A DNA stretch of 64,000 nucleotides from Entomortierella parvispora E1425 (GCA_020891255.1 BQFW01000013.1:186001-250000), one strand, 5' to 3'; positions 22,058-35,400 are shown, counted from the first letter of the stretch. The notes: a model not told the origin generated them from the sequence alone. Numbers and translations are program-made.

Positions 22058-24163
22058 TTAAACTGCTGCGTATGCTGGAATCATGGCCCGTGGTAATGTC
22101 TCGGGAAGGATACTTTCACCGCCGCTTTCGACTGCCCGGATCAGATGCATGGCCACCGCAAACTCATTCTCGTCCAGATATCCGTTCGCATCCCAATCCG
22201 CCAGTGTCCACACCTTGGCTAAAATTTCCATTGACAAACCTGTGCTCATGAGGTACGGCTTCGCAGTTCCTCCATGGATCTTCCCTTCCACAGGCCTTAG
22301 ACTCATGAACACGGGCATTGCGCTGGCTTTATCTACGCTGGCAAAGTGCCAGTAGCTTGGGGGAATTTCTCCACCTCCAGGACTCAAGAGGTTACTGGCT
22401 GAGTCAAGAGAGAGGAAAGGGTTCCTCTGTGCCTGGTCCAAGAGCGGGTTTCCCTGTGGGAACCGATGCATCAGTTTTGGCAAGTCGAAAGAAAGTGCCT
22501 CCTCAACAACTTGCAGGATGGGCTCCTTGATCTTTGAAAAAGATTCAAACTTGTAGGCCCTCAGTGATTGACGGAACTTTTCCAGGTTGGGGAAGTCACC
22601 TTCTGGGATGGCGTAGAGTTGTTGCACCTTCAAGAACTCCTTGTCCAGGTCCCGGATCAGTTCCTGTTGCTTGGATGTCTTTCCAAAGACGGCTGGCATC
22701 TCCTTCTTGAGATGTCCAATCAAGTACGCGTGTACCTTGGCCAGTCGAGCACGTTTGACAATCTCGTTCACTTTTCTAATGGCAGCGTTTCGGGGCAGGT
22801 CGCGCAACTCCCTGATCAAATCTGCTTGCTCTGCATCCAGAAGCGCACGACAGTCCTCGAACGCGTTTGGAGGTCGATTGAGCCAAAACGATCCCAAGTA
22901 CACTCTCATGACCTCTGGAGTCTGGATCACCTTTCCGAGGGACCACATCAAGGCGCCATAGACGCGCATCAGCTGTTGTTGGTTGACCATGTCGGACTTG
23001 TTGAGGATCACGCGCACCTTTTCCTCTTGACCCTTGAGTGCGTAAATGGAAGATTTGAATTCGTCCGAGATGTCCAGCTTGTGAGAGTCAAAGAAGAGCA
23101 GGATCAGATCGGCCCGCTCTGCGAACCATTCGATCGTCTTTGTGAAATCATAGCCGCGCTCGATCCTCTGCTTGTTGCCGGCGAGAATACCAGGAGTGTC
23201 GATTAGAGTCATGTTCTCGAGCAAAGGAGATGGACATTGTGCCACTTGGAAACGGGTGAGGAAAGCCTGTCCAAACTTATTGAGACCGCGGAAAGGCATG
23301 TCGGCGGTCACTGCAGCAGCGTTTCCAGGGATCACGCGCGACTCGACACCATTCATGACTGCAACGAACCTATCCGTCTGAGGAGAATGACAGGGGTAGG
23401 AAAGTAAAAAGAAATGGATTAAACCTTTCGATCCAGATGGTCGACAATGTCAACAGGGTGGAAAAAAAGAGAGGCCCATTCTTTTTACCGTTGGTTCAAC
23501 GCCAATATGTGATCCTGGATAGTCACATTCTGTGAGGGTACGAATAAAAGTGGTCTTTCCGGTGCTGTATTGACCCAAGAGGAGCACCATGGGTTTGGCC
23601 TCAATATCACTGTCCGACAATGGCGCAGAGTGGAAGCCCTCAAAGTTGTAAGTTGTCTCCAAAGGGCGAATCTTTCGTCGGTATGTGTCCTTGAGCTCAT
23701 CCATCAGCGGTCTGTAGTCATCATGGATCAGGTTCGAAAATGATCCTCCTCCTGCGATCCCATGGTGGTACGCCATGGACTGTGGTCTCGATGGTGCTGG
23801 CGAATAGTCGCGCTCGTGGCTGTAGCCTCCTGCGCCGCCTCCATGGCTGGGCCCACCCTGACTTTTACTGAACTTGTTCTTTTTGTGCTCCTGGTAAGAG
23901 GCTTTGCCAGCCGGTGTAGTTCCTGAGCGAGTGGAGAACATGGAGGGCGCTGGACTGGAGGCTGTAGCAGCGGTCTTTAGAATCTCCTCGCCGTAGTAGT
24001 CGTTGTTGTGCATAGAGGACTGTTTTGTGTAGCCATAGTCGTCTGTGGGACCACTGGCATGGACCACTCCCCGAGTTGGGGTGCTGGGACCACTGCTGAG
24101 CCCACCCTTGAGGCTCGTTCGAATAGCCTCGGACTTTTTTCTGACGTCTTGTCCAAAACCCAT
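22058..24163 (-). CDS. EH-domain-containing dynamin-like ATPase (EHD/RME-1 family)
   Basis: Exons 24163-23489 and 23377-22058. P-loop LLGQYSTGKTTFI, IGVEPT|TDRF, DTPGIL, RVILNKSD, RVYLGSFW; C-terminal EH domain (VWTLADWDANGYLDENEFAVAMHLI). Confidence 0.95.
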
Positions 24164-24936
24164 TTTGACGAGATGTTGGGCGAAAGTTCGCTGGTGGAGG
24201 GTGGATGCGAGGGCACCAGGGTAGAGCAGCTCTGGAGGAAGAGAAGATATTAGAAGAGAGAAGAGGAGCAGGTGTTAGAGGAAGGGAAGGAGAAGAGTCA
24301 GAACAGGTGAAAAAAGAAGTGATTGAAAGAAAAAGCTTCTCCTGATAATGATGGAGGCGCTTTCTTTTGTCCAAGTCGGTCTGACATTCCCTTTTCGACT
24401 GGCTCATCTTTTAGTAGATGTCGGGTGCGGTTGTAACGAGTTTTTTCTGTTCTCGTTCTTTGCTCATCCCCCCTGTCCTATCTCCAATGATGGCGCTCGA
24501 GAGTGTCGGAAGGTGCATAGTTGCGAGAGTACCCGCGGTTGCGCTTTTGTTGAAAAAAACAAAGAAGTATCCGATGCTCTAGAAAGGTCCTTCCTCTCAA
24601 GATGGGGAAAAGGGTGATCGGCGATCACGATGATGATTTTCTACGAATGACGAGGTGATCTCGAACGGTTCTTTCAGGAACGATGACACAATGCACCGAG
24701 CTCACTTTCTTTTTATGTTCCCATGCACCCCATGGCAAAAAGGCCGTCGACTTTGTCCGTTGAACTGCTATCGAACTGTCGGTGTCGCTGCATTGTGCGC
24801 CACCTCCCTCCGTTTTTCCCCCTTCCTCTTCTCTTTGCGCACTTGTCTTTGCCATAGAGTACAATCGCCTTCTCATCACCCTCTAAAACTCTATCGCTCA
24901 TACCCTTCATTTGCAGCAGTTAACTCCTATACCAAA

Positions 24937-27522
24937 ATGCCCTTTGTTCAACCGACCGGAGTTGCGGTCGGTCGCCCCAGTGGTGTGGCTCCCCTCATCA
25001 ACTCTTTCAACGATCAGATAAGGAGAAGTGATAGCAGCGGCACTGGCTTCTCTTCCCTCAGGAAAAAGAATAACGAAAAGTCTTGCCATGTGGTCAACTC
25101 TTGGGTCAAGAGTTCTACCAACCTCTTTTATTTCGCCACCAAAGATCAGCACTCGGTTCCAAAGCGCAAAGAGGTCGGCACCAAAGGCCATAAAGCCGCA
25201 AAGACGAGCAATGACCATGATGGCACCATCTGGATCTTTACAAAGACCTGGCAGCCTGTCGGTGTAGCTGTGCAGTCTGTTGTTGTCTTTGTACATGATG
25301 TCGTTGAGCATTGCGAGCGCTATCAGCCTATGTTCGCAGCTTTTGCAGGCAAGGGTATCGAAGTCCAATCTTTTGATCTCCCGGGGTTTGGTGAAACAGG
25401 TGTGCGAGCAGATGCACAAGGTATCACAGGGGGGTAAGTATCATGGTCAATGCAACAACAATCAGAGCTCTCGCTCCACAGGCTGCTAATCAATTTTGTT
25501 CATTTTCCCTCGACCATGTCGCCGATCCACTCTCACACAACGAACAGCTACGACGCTCTCCTAAAGGAAATCGACAGCGCCATTGATCGCGCTTGTGCAT
25601 CACGCCCTCAAAAGCCCATCTTCCTTATGGGCCATGGGATGGGTGGTGCCCTCGCCTTGAACTATGTTTGTGGACTCGGTCTTCGAATCACTTCTCTTGC
25701 AGGTCTCATCTCGTCCTCGCCCTACCTTAAACCTGCACTCGCCGGCGCCGGATCTCGTTTCCCAGGGACGTACAATCGGCTTGGAAAGTGGCACCCACAT
25801 CTCTCTATCCGATTCCCAGTCATTCCTGAGGAGCTAACGCGCGAAGTGGAGGAACAGGAGCGCCATCAGGAAGACGGCTTGATTATGGACAGTGTGTCGA
25901 TGCAGTGTTTGGGCGACATGATTTACCAGGGTCAAAAGGTGTTGACCAAGCGATGGAGACACTTCCCGGCGCAGCTACCAACCATGTTGGTGCATGGGAC
26001 AGCAGACCCAATCTGTTCCTTCTTGGCAACCCAGCAACTGAGTCAGCAAATCATTCAAAAGTTGAAGCCTGATAGCTTTGTCTTCAAGTCTTGGAAGGGC
26101 GGCATGCATGATCGTAAGTGGAAAACAAGGGCAGCTTTTTTTTTTTTTTTGCTCAGATCAACTTTTTTCCTCTTTCATATTGACTCTTTTTATTTGATAT
26201 CTTCAGCTCATTGGGATGTTGATGCACAGAGTGTCAGGAGCGAGTATGTGCACTGGATCCGAAGCAGTTATCGGCGGTATGTCAAAGCACCCCTTGAGCC
26301 AGAAATGGTGGCCTCCATCACGATCAAGTCAGCTCGGATCAGGAACAGACGGTCATCCATTGCCGCCGCACAGCGAGAGAAGGAAGAGGAGAGACAAAGG
26401 AAGAAGCTGGCAAAGGAGCAAGAGAGGTTGTCTCCCCAAAAGAAAAACGGTCCAGGATCTAAGTCAAAGGATGGTAATGAATTTGCGATGGCGACGGCAT
26501 CAGCGAGCTCAGAGACATTCGGCATCCAGCAGAATGGCTCCTTTGAAAACAGAATAGACTTGACAACACCGGCTGCTACTTCTGCCCTTGAAGGCAGTGA
26601 GGGCAAAGTCAGTGATAAAAAGACAAAGGACAAAAAGAAAATCAAAGCTGAGAAACCAAAGAAGCTGTCCAAAGCCGAGAAGAAGCAAATCGAACTGGAG
26701 CAGAAGAAAGCCCTTCAGGCTCAGTTACAGGAACAGACACAGAGGCAACAGCAGGAACAGTTACAGGATCAGCAGCAGGCACAACCGCAGGAGCAGCAAG
26801 CAGCCTCTTTAGACATGGTCAACGTTGTTGTTAATGGTGTCCCAGGAGTAGAGACACCTCAAACTCTTGCTCCCGAGGCCATTGAAACGGAAGGTCTCTC
26901 GATTCCGACCCTGTCTTTGCCAGATCAAGTGGCAGAACTCCATTCTGCACTCTTGACCGCAGCCTCTATGGGCACGCAACCACCCATTTCTTCTCAAGAA
27001 GACTCCCCGGATCACGATCAGCTGTCTTCGCAATCTAGCAATGAGGAGAGAACAAGCGAGTCCAAATCGCTTTCACTGGTCGCCCCAATTGAAATTGCTC
27101 CAAGCACAGAGCCAGGAACAGATCCCGGCTCTACGGAGACAGCCTTACATCCACCAGAGAACCCTTCAGATATGCAGCCCTCTTCTGAAACTGCGGACCA
27201 GGAGACCTTTGTACTTGCCACTGTTGCTGAGCCAGCCATTGGAGCCGAGGTTGTATCAACGGAGACTACCAGTGTGCTGGGGGAAGATGTTGCGGCAAAG
27301 GAATTGAACAATGATGTCTCTTCGGTCGAACCTGAACAGGAACGTTTGTCGGAGGAGCAAAATTCTTCTGAGCATACACCCGAAATGATCCAAGAGTCGA
27401 TCCACAACACAGAATCGGATGCCTCCTCTGAAGTGCATACGCCAGAGATGCTAGCTTTGCCATCTTCCATGGAAAAAGAAGTAGAGATAGCTGCTCCATT
27501 ATCAGCTGGTATTGTCGGCTGA
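24937..27522 (+). CDS. Monoglyceride-lipase-like alpha/beta hydrolase (Hydrolase_4 fold), probable pseudoenzyme, with long acidic tail
   Basis: Exons 24937-25433, 25548-~26113 and ~26205-27522. Motifs VFVHDVVEHCERY, FDLPGFG, FLMGHGMGG, HGTADPIC, GGMHD. Confidence 0.88.
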
Positions 27523-27655
27523 TTCATTCAAAGTCGATTCACTCACATCCTTTCGAATAAATCCCTGTTTATTATAGCCCATCTTTAGGAATGGAGGAAG
27601 GAACTGAGGACGGCGGGGTTCTTTGCTCGGTCAAGGTAGAGCAGGAGGCTGTCGG

Positions 27656-28323
27656 TCATATCTTCGTGTTTCGGAGGCCATTGTACATCTGAGGAGGTTC
27701 ACCCTTTTGGAAGACCTTGGAAGTAGGGAAACCTGACAATGACGCGTTTCCCAGATCAGTCAGGTCGTGACAACTAAGAGTTCAGGGCAAGGACGCGCCG
27801 AGTCCTCACTTTTTTTTCTCTTGTTTTTTTGTTACTTTGGTTCGCGTGTTCTTTAACAAGTGCAGAGTTCATCTTTACAGCGCCATCGACTGCCTCGATC
27901 TTGACATCCCGCCCTCTCATTTCTTGAGACACTGCTTTGTACTTGGGCGCGAATCTGCTGACGAGAACAAGAGAACAAGGGGTGCTTTCTAGCTGGATCA
28001 ACATGAAACATTTCGCGCCAAAGAGAGAGGAAAGTAGACATACTGTTTGCAATGACCGCTCCAGAAGGCAAAAAAGTTGACAATGACCAATTGCTATCAT
28101 GGTATAGGAACAAGTGAAGAACAAAGTTTGAGGATGCCTTGGGAACATGAATTCACAGTGAAAGAGGGATGCAAGTTTTCGCTATATCTGAATCCAAGAC
28201 CTCGGATCGGAAAGAGGTTGCATTGACTAGGACAACATTATCCTCCAAGTTGTACACACGAGCAAGGACAGGCGCTTTGAAGAGGATGGCTCCTATAACG
28301 AGCAATGGCTGAATGAACTTCAT
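27656..28323 (-). pseudogene. Degenerate tandem paralog of the adjacent PDI gene (signal peptide plus one thioredoxin domain, WSGHC)
   Basis: Exons 28323-28186 (MKFIQPLLVIGAILFKAPVLARVYNLEDNVVLVNATSFRSEVLDSD), 28093-28044 (QLVIVNFFAFWSGHCK), 27954-27836 (FAPKYKAVSQEM...) and 27732-27656 (FPTSKVFQKGEPPQMYNGLRNTKI*). Intron positions match the PDI gene; the first donor reads AT, not GT. Confidence 0.8.
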
Positions 28324-28425
28324 TGGTTAGAGAGCAAGAACGTTGACGCAGGAGCCGCCATGGGGGATTGTTTTCTCTTTTTTTTATTAGATTTTTTCAA
28401 TGTTTAAATACAGAGATGCGAGGAT

Positions 28426-30168
28426 CTACAGCTCGTCCTTGATGTTCTCCTTCTTCTCCTCCTTGACTTCCTCTTTGATCTCGGTAACCTTTTCCTTGAC
28501 TTCGACCTTGGGGGCCTGCTTAGGCGCAAGATGAGGTTCAAAGGAATAGGGGAAGGCACGTTTTGGCTTGGTGGTCGAGTCCGCGAGCCAGCTCTGAATT
28601 CCCTCAACATCAAAGCCATAGCCGACAAAGGGCACAAACGCCTTCTTGCCAGGGTTGATCAACAACAAACCGGGGATGTCGCTTGAGATCTGGAACTGGT
28701 TCATAAACTTGACAACGCTCTTGTCCAGCGCATCCATCCAGATGACATGAATAGCTTTACCGGCGTCATGGGTTGCCTTTTTGACCTGCTGCAACGTCTT
28801 CATGTTTTGCTCGTGGGCAGCAGTCGACTCTTCAAACTCCTCCTCATGTACCAAGAAGGCAATCAGGCACGATCCAACGCTCTTGTCCAGACACTCCAAC
28901 TTCAACTCAACCTGGTTCTCAATCTTTGTAATGTTGGGGTCGAACTCGACCACGGCGGGCTTAGGTTTGCTGTTGTTGCTGTCGTTGTTTGTGGAGGATC
29001 GCTTCGAGTTTTTGCCTCCCTTGGAGGAAGAGGGCTCGGCGTGTTCGTTGAGGAAATCTGACAAAGGGTCGCGCTTCATTTCTCCTGTGTATGCGACAGG
29101 CTCTTCGCTACCCTTGGGGAAGACAACGAGGGCTGGAAGACTCTCAACATTGTACTTTTTCAAAACGGCGTCGCTGGGGGTGCGGAACTCGCCGACAATC
29201 ATCCTGTCCTTCATGTCCGTTGCCAATCCCTTGTACATGTTGCTGGAGGCTGTCTTCTTGGTGAAAAGGACAGCGCGTGGCTTATCCTATATGAGGAAAG
29301 ACAGTAAAACTATGAGTACATGATAGATTCCATGATGGTTTATACTCGTCAATGTGGCAAACGTGTCCTTACCTGGTTGGTGGCCAATTCGTCAATGTTG
29401 ATGATCTTGTCGCTCGAGGGGTTGGCAGTGACCAGTTGAATATCGTTTGGAATCTTCTTGACCAAGTAGTCGACGATATCCTTGGCTTCCCGGCGACCTT
29501 GGTAGTCCTCGGGGTACTTGACGCCCTTTGTTCCTTTTCTGTTGGCGGGGAAGACCTTGATAGTAGGGAAGCCTATTCGCGTGAGTTGTAACAAACACGT
29601 CAGTGAAGGGGACGGGGCAAGCAGGCAATCAGTCCTCTTTGAAGCTGTTCATGTTTCAACTCTGTCGTACCTTGAATGCCGTATCTGGAGCAGGTGGGTC
29701 TATTCTTGTCTTCGTCACAGTCGATGGCAACCATCTTGACGATACCATGCAAGTTCTGGGCAGCAGCCTTGTAGTGGGGAGCAAGGCTAACACAGAAGAA
29801 GAGAACAAAGACCAATGGTTAGCAAGGCTGAAGCGGTTCATGTTTCAAGTATCCTTGCTTGCAGTGTAGGTCAAGGCGTAGACGTACTTTTTGCAGTGAC
29901 CGCACCAAGGCGCATAGAACTCGACCATGACAAGATGCTAAGTGAGGTTGGGGAAGGGTTCGTTAATCTTCTGGTGCACTAGGTCGAAAGTCATGGTCGA
30001 CGTCATGGGAAACGAAACAGGATGTTTTACGTTGGCATCCATGACTTCGGAGTCGAAGGTGCTCGAGGTGACCTCGATGACCTTGTCGTTGGAGGAGTAG
30101 AGGCCGGCCAAGGCGGACTGCGAGAGAAGCAGGGCGCCAAGGGCGATGGAGGCGAGACTGTGCTTCAT
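28426..30168 (-). CDS. ER protein disulfide isomerase family member (MPD1/PDIA6-like, one active thioredoxin domain)
   Basis: Signal peptide MKHSLASIALGALLLSQSALA; spliced VEFYAPWCGHCK|NLAP; G|FPTIKVF; C-terminal KDEL. Confidence 0.93.
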
Positions 30169-30812
30169 GGGAGTAAATGTGGAGAGTAGGGATGATGAGG
30201 AATGGAGAGGAGAAAAGTGAAGAAAAGCAAAGAAAAGCGGACAATTCACCTTCCTTGAAGAGAAAAGAGGAGAGAGGGGACGTTGGACGCGTAAAGCGAT
30301 GATTGGCTCACAGAGGATCAACTTTATTGGTGGCAACAATCACTTGTAGAGCAGCAGGTTCATGTTCTTTGCTCCCTGCTGTGCACCAGGGGCAGCACCA
30401 CCAGTGAGACCGGCGCGGGCTGGTCCATGGTTTGCTTCACAGACACGGCGACAACTCATATACCCATTCCCCTGCGGAATTCTCTTGTAGAGCAATTGGT
30501 GTGGCGTCCAGGTGGGTATCCATTTTACACACAAGTCCCAGTCCAACGTGTCATGTCGTCGTTGTCTGCATCCCTGTAGGTGCACGAAGCTGCAGGCCCA
30601 ACCATCGCCAGCAGTAACGTGCGGAGGAGAGAAGGAGCAGCCATGATGAGAAGGATATGTGAACTAGGGGGATTGGAGGCGTTTGAAGGTGGAGAGTGGG
30701 GGAAGCAGAGCATCGATCGAAATGGTGGCTTAGAAATGGACAGATCCGTATTAGAGCCTTGGCCGTGTGGAATCTTAGCAGTCTCTCTTTCTGTGCAACA
30801 ATCTTAATCAAA

Positions 30813-32230
30813 ATGGTATGGAGCGAGAGACCCTGCATCCAATGCCTCCATGGACCATCCATCAATCGATCCATCGCTGCATCGCCTTGTTCACCCATCG
30901 GGACCATCCGCACAAGCTGCGTCATCCAGGACCAACCGTCGGCAGTTTTCTTGGAGAAAAAAAATACTTGTGGCGACATCTTCAGTCATGGACAATTCAT
31001 CTGAACATGGAAGACCCTTCATCATCAGTCCAACATTCACCATTCCAGACAGCGGGGGCTATGGAGAAGCCATGAAGGACGAGAAATAGCAACAGGAGGT
31101 TGTCTGAAATGAGGAGGATGTTGGACAGGATCGACAAGAAGCAAGCAGCAAGCAACTGGACAATCTCTTTGGATGAATTCATGCATGGCGAAACAGACAT
31201 CCATGCACTCGCTCAGTCGACCCTTTTGGGAGAGAACTCTACAACGATCGCTTCAGAAATCGACCAGTGATCTTTCCCAGAACCGCTGATGCTTCGCAAA
31301 GGAAACATGGACTCGCCATGAAGGGATGTCCTTTGGTTTTTCTGGATTTTATGCAGGACAACCGGTTTTGACAAGAAAACCTCAATGGAGGAACTTTGAT
31401 GCAATGACCATCATCACCAAACGACATCACTCGACATCAGTCAAAGGATCGGGATCAGTCAGAGACACCATCCACCTTGGGAGGAATCATCAGAAACTCA
31501 TGCATCTTTTTTGCACGTTTTTTTTTTCCATTCCCAATCTCGCAGGTTAACGTTCCTAAGACCAGAAACACCTACTGCAAGGGCAAGACCTGCAAGAAGC
31601 ACACTGCCCACAAGGTCTCGCAGTACAAGACCGGAAAGGCTTCGCTCTTCGCTCAGGGTACGGTTTTTTCAATTCTTGTTTTTATCACGGAAGAACGACC
31701 TACTGCAAAAAAAGCAATTGAAGACTGACCAAGCCCTTTTCTCAATATTCTTTTACATTATCTCTGCCAATGTCACCTATCTGGACGTTTTTTCATCTGG
31801 AATCATTATCATGGAATCAAAACACCCACTCGATCATGGACTTTTTTTTTTCTAAAAAAATGATGGACTCCCATAACAGGAAAGCGTCGTTATGACCGGA
31901 AGCAGTCCGGTTATGGTGGTCAGACCAAGCCCGTCTTCCACAAGAAGGCCAAGACCACCAAGAAGGTCGTCCTTCGTTTGGAGTGCCAGGTCTGCAAGTA
32001 CAAGCACCAGATCGCCTTGAAGCGCTGCAAGCACTTCGAGCTCGGTGGTGACCGCAAGCAGAAGGGTATGTCTCTCCCCATTCATTTGTTTTTGCTGCGG
32101 ATATCGTTTGTGTCCATGGGTGCGATGATGACCCAAGGGGAAAAAAACTGCGGATTTCTAACTTGGCTTTCCCTTCCTCCCCATCTCCTTTTTGTTGATG
32201 CGAATTATAGGTCAGGCTCTTACCTTCTAA
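30813..32230 (+). CDS. RPL42: 60S ribosomal protein eL42 (L44/L36a)
   Basis: ATG-only first exon (30813-30815, aaaATG|gtatgg). Exon 2 from 31546 [16 protein letters not shown]; exon 3 [28 protein letters not shown]...; last exon 32211-32230 (GQALTF*). Confidence 0.95.
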
Positions 32231-32452
32231 GTTATTATCGACTTGGAGAGTACCATTGCCAATCAACAACGTGTGCTCCTGTTTTTCTTCTTGCAATAAA
32301 ACCTGGATTGTCGCACAATCAAAAAACCTCCCCCAATGCTTTGTTCAGATGCGCTGCGTTCATGATCAGGAGGAACCGGGGTATCATGGTGATTAGAGAT
32401 ATAGCTGAGGATAGGAGAAGGCCACTCGATTGTTTATTACATTATTAATCAA

Positions 32453-35400
32453 TTAATTGGCATTGGCATCCATGTTGTAATCAAACTGGAATCCCTCTTC
32501 GCCGAGTCCAAAAACATGGTCATGGTCTGCAGGGAAGATATCATAGGCACCTTGTCCCTGAGACTGCTGTTGGAGTTGCTGTGGAGTGAGCGTTTGCCCT
32601 GAAGAAGGCAGGTACTGCTGCTGTTGCAACAGATCTGAATTCACAAAGTCGCCCGACTCGTATTGTCCATACAAGGGCAGATCCCCCTGATCATCATCCT
32701 CCCCAAACAAATAGTTTTCACTGTTGGCTCGAGTCGGCTGCTGACTGTTTTCGCGGCTCAGTGCCTCAGCCTCGGCCTCTTCTTGAGTCGTCATCAATTC
32801 CCTAAATTCCTCTTCCAGATCCAACATCACCTGCACATCCTCCTCTGCAGGCCAGTCGCGAACCGTCAAGGGATCTGGGAGAAGGGCCTGTCTTTTAAAG
32901 AGGTCGCTTCCCATCTTGAATCCGGCCTTGGCCTCATCTCGAATCGGTCTCGGGTTTGATCCCAAACGGGCATTCAAACAAGAGACACGCAAGGCCGCAA
33001 TCAGAGTCTGGTTCAGCTTGTGTTGGATCCCGCACCAGTTGGGATAGGAGTCCAGCAGCAATTCGACGTGGTGATACAGCACATTGGAGAGCTGAGTGCA
33101 GATCTTATGGGCAGTGTTGAAGTACCCTTCTGAAGCACTAAGTGACCGGTGGTGCTGAAGGTTGTAAGGGGATCGACTGCCACCGGCTGCATAAAAGTAG
33201 TCGTCCGATTCAAACTTTACGCGTGGAGTGGATCCATCCTGATCCTCCGAGCATGCAAGCGAGCTACTGCGACTGAACAAGCTATCGTACTCCTGTGTCA
33301 GAGTCTCTGGCGATTTGTAAGAGGCGGAACGGCTCGGTGATTTGAGGTATTGCGGGATCGGCAAATATGATGACTGAAGCATGATCGTGATTGTGTAATA
33401 AAACATGGTCATGATACCTAAATAAAAGAAGGTATGTTAGAACCTTCCTTTCGAGTCACACAATGTTTGACAATACAAAATGTTTGCCTCTCATGATCTT
33501 CTTACCGAGTCGTCCATTGATCTTGTGGTTAATGTCCGGTTCATCCACTTCTTTCCTGAACCGCAAATTCGGTGGTATACCTTGCTCCCAGGCAATCAAA
33601 TCGGCCTGCAGTCCTTGGAGTTCATTATCTTCCAGCCAGGCCCGCTCGGAGCACCGACTTGCCTCTACAGTCGTCGACACTGACGGTCCAAAAGGACTAC
33701 GACCGCTCATGCTACCCGCACTACCTCCACCGCTACCGTGTCCTTCCGTGGTTCCATTTGCATGAGAGCTTGGTTCGTATGATCCGGCAACCTGAGAATC
33801 GCTCCTGGATTGCAAATAAAGACCTACGCGTCGGCCAATGGACCATAGTTTGACCTCCTCCAAGAATAGAACACGAGCATATGTTCCTCCATCTGTCACG
33901 TCGTCTTCAGCTTCCAGAAGCATCTTCATTCGCTCCAGATGACGTTTCACCTCAGCCGACTGGGACCCAGATCCTGAAGAGCGCTTTGAAATGTCCTCAC
34001 CCTTGCCTTGCCGCTGCAAAAGAGTCATTTTCAATCCCGTAAATGACGGCAGTTTCTCCTTCGCAGGGACATCGTCTGGGCTCCTGGTAAGGACATTTTG
34101 TGTGTGTCGATGAGGATGCTGGTCGGGCTGCTCGTCTTCCATCCCAGCATCCGCGTCGCCAATCTCGTCATCACTGCTATCCGGCTCCTTGGCCGCTTCC
34201 GATTCATCGTCATCGCCATCATCGTCGTCAGAATTAGAATCTGCCATTCGATACGTATGTCTCTCTACCTGCAACGCCACCGTTTTCGCCTTCATTAGCT
34301 TCTTTTCTTGTCGTAACCGCTCTGCCTTTGTAGTAGCGCCTCGCCTCTTTCCAGTGACAGCAACTTCTAACCCGCTCGAGTTCAAAGGTGATTTCCGCAT
34401 GCCGCCTAACCCGATGCAGCCCTTGATCCTCGGCAATTCGGCCGTAATCTCCAACGTGTCCATTCCATGGGGCCACCCAAAGTAGAGTCGTGACATGGAA
34501 TCACGGGCGTAAAAGGCCCAAAAAGCCCAGAGGCGCTGTTGATATACTGAATCGGGGATCAATCCCTTTCTCGAGAGCATGGTCTGACTTTCGAGTTCCA
34601 ACTCCCGTAAGGATTGTTGACCGTCTTCCAAACCTTCGTCAGTCGTTGGCATGATCTTGTAGGTGCCACAGTACCAAGCCATGCCAATTACCAAAGGAAA
34701 GACTCCGTAGATAGCCTGTGACCCCAAAATGTTGCCCAGCATCCTTGATAGACGCATCCTGCCATGGATATATTGTTGAATTTCTAGAGAAACAAGGATG
34801 AATCATTCAGTCAGTTCATTGGCCATTTTCGGAAGTAGAGCCAAAAAGGCCAGTAGTCCTTTACCTTTGGCTCGATCACGGAACTGGATGGCGCGTTTGA
34901 TGTCGCTGTGCCTGGCCAAATGCTTGCATGCCGTCATAAATACAATATTGAGCAAAAAGAGCGAATGTGGATTCTGAGGCTCAAGCAAGTGCAACTCAAC
35001 TGTTGCTCGGTTGATAGTTGGATAGTAGAAGCAAGCGTTCTGTAAAGATAAAAAAGAAGAGGGTCTGTCAGCGACTGGAAAACTGTCGTGCTTCGTGAAT
35101 TCCGTAGAATTCAATAAAACTCACCTCAAAATACACATCCACAAGGAAATTGGCATCTTTCGGAAGCATGAGCAGCTGTCGAGGAATCCCACGAAGGTCG
35201 CTCGGAGATGCTGAAAAAGGCGCCGCCCACAATTCGTCCTCTTCCTGCGAGATGTGACGAGGCAACATGATGCTGTAGTCGTATTGTCTGCATTCCAACA
35301 TCTCCTTGGCTATCTTTTGCATCCGGACACTCTCCTTTCGACTCTCAGGCTTCGCCGAAGGAGCAACTACCTGTCCTTGAGTCAACTGTTTATCTAATGA

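Noticed and set aside
30340-30650. Short signal-peptide-like ORF MAAPSLLRTLLLAM... upstream of PDI
   Set aside because: Stops after 39 codons and downstream frames are interrupted; no homology identified.
32110-32200. C-box-like ATGATGA in the last RPL42 intron
   Set aside because: No downstream CTGA D box or terminal stem, so not called a snoRNA.
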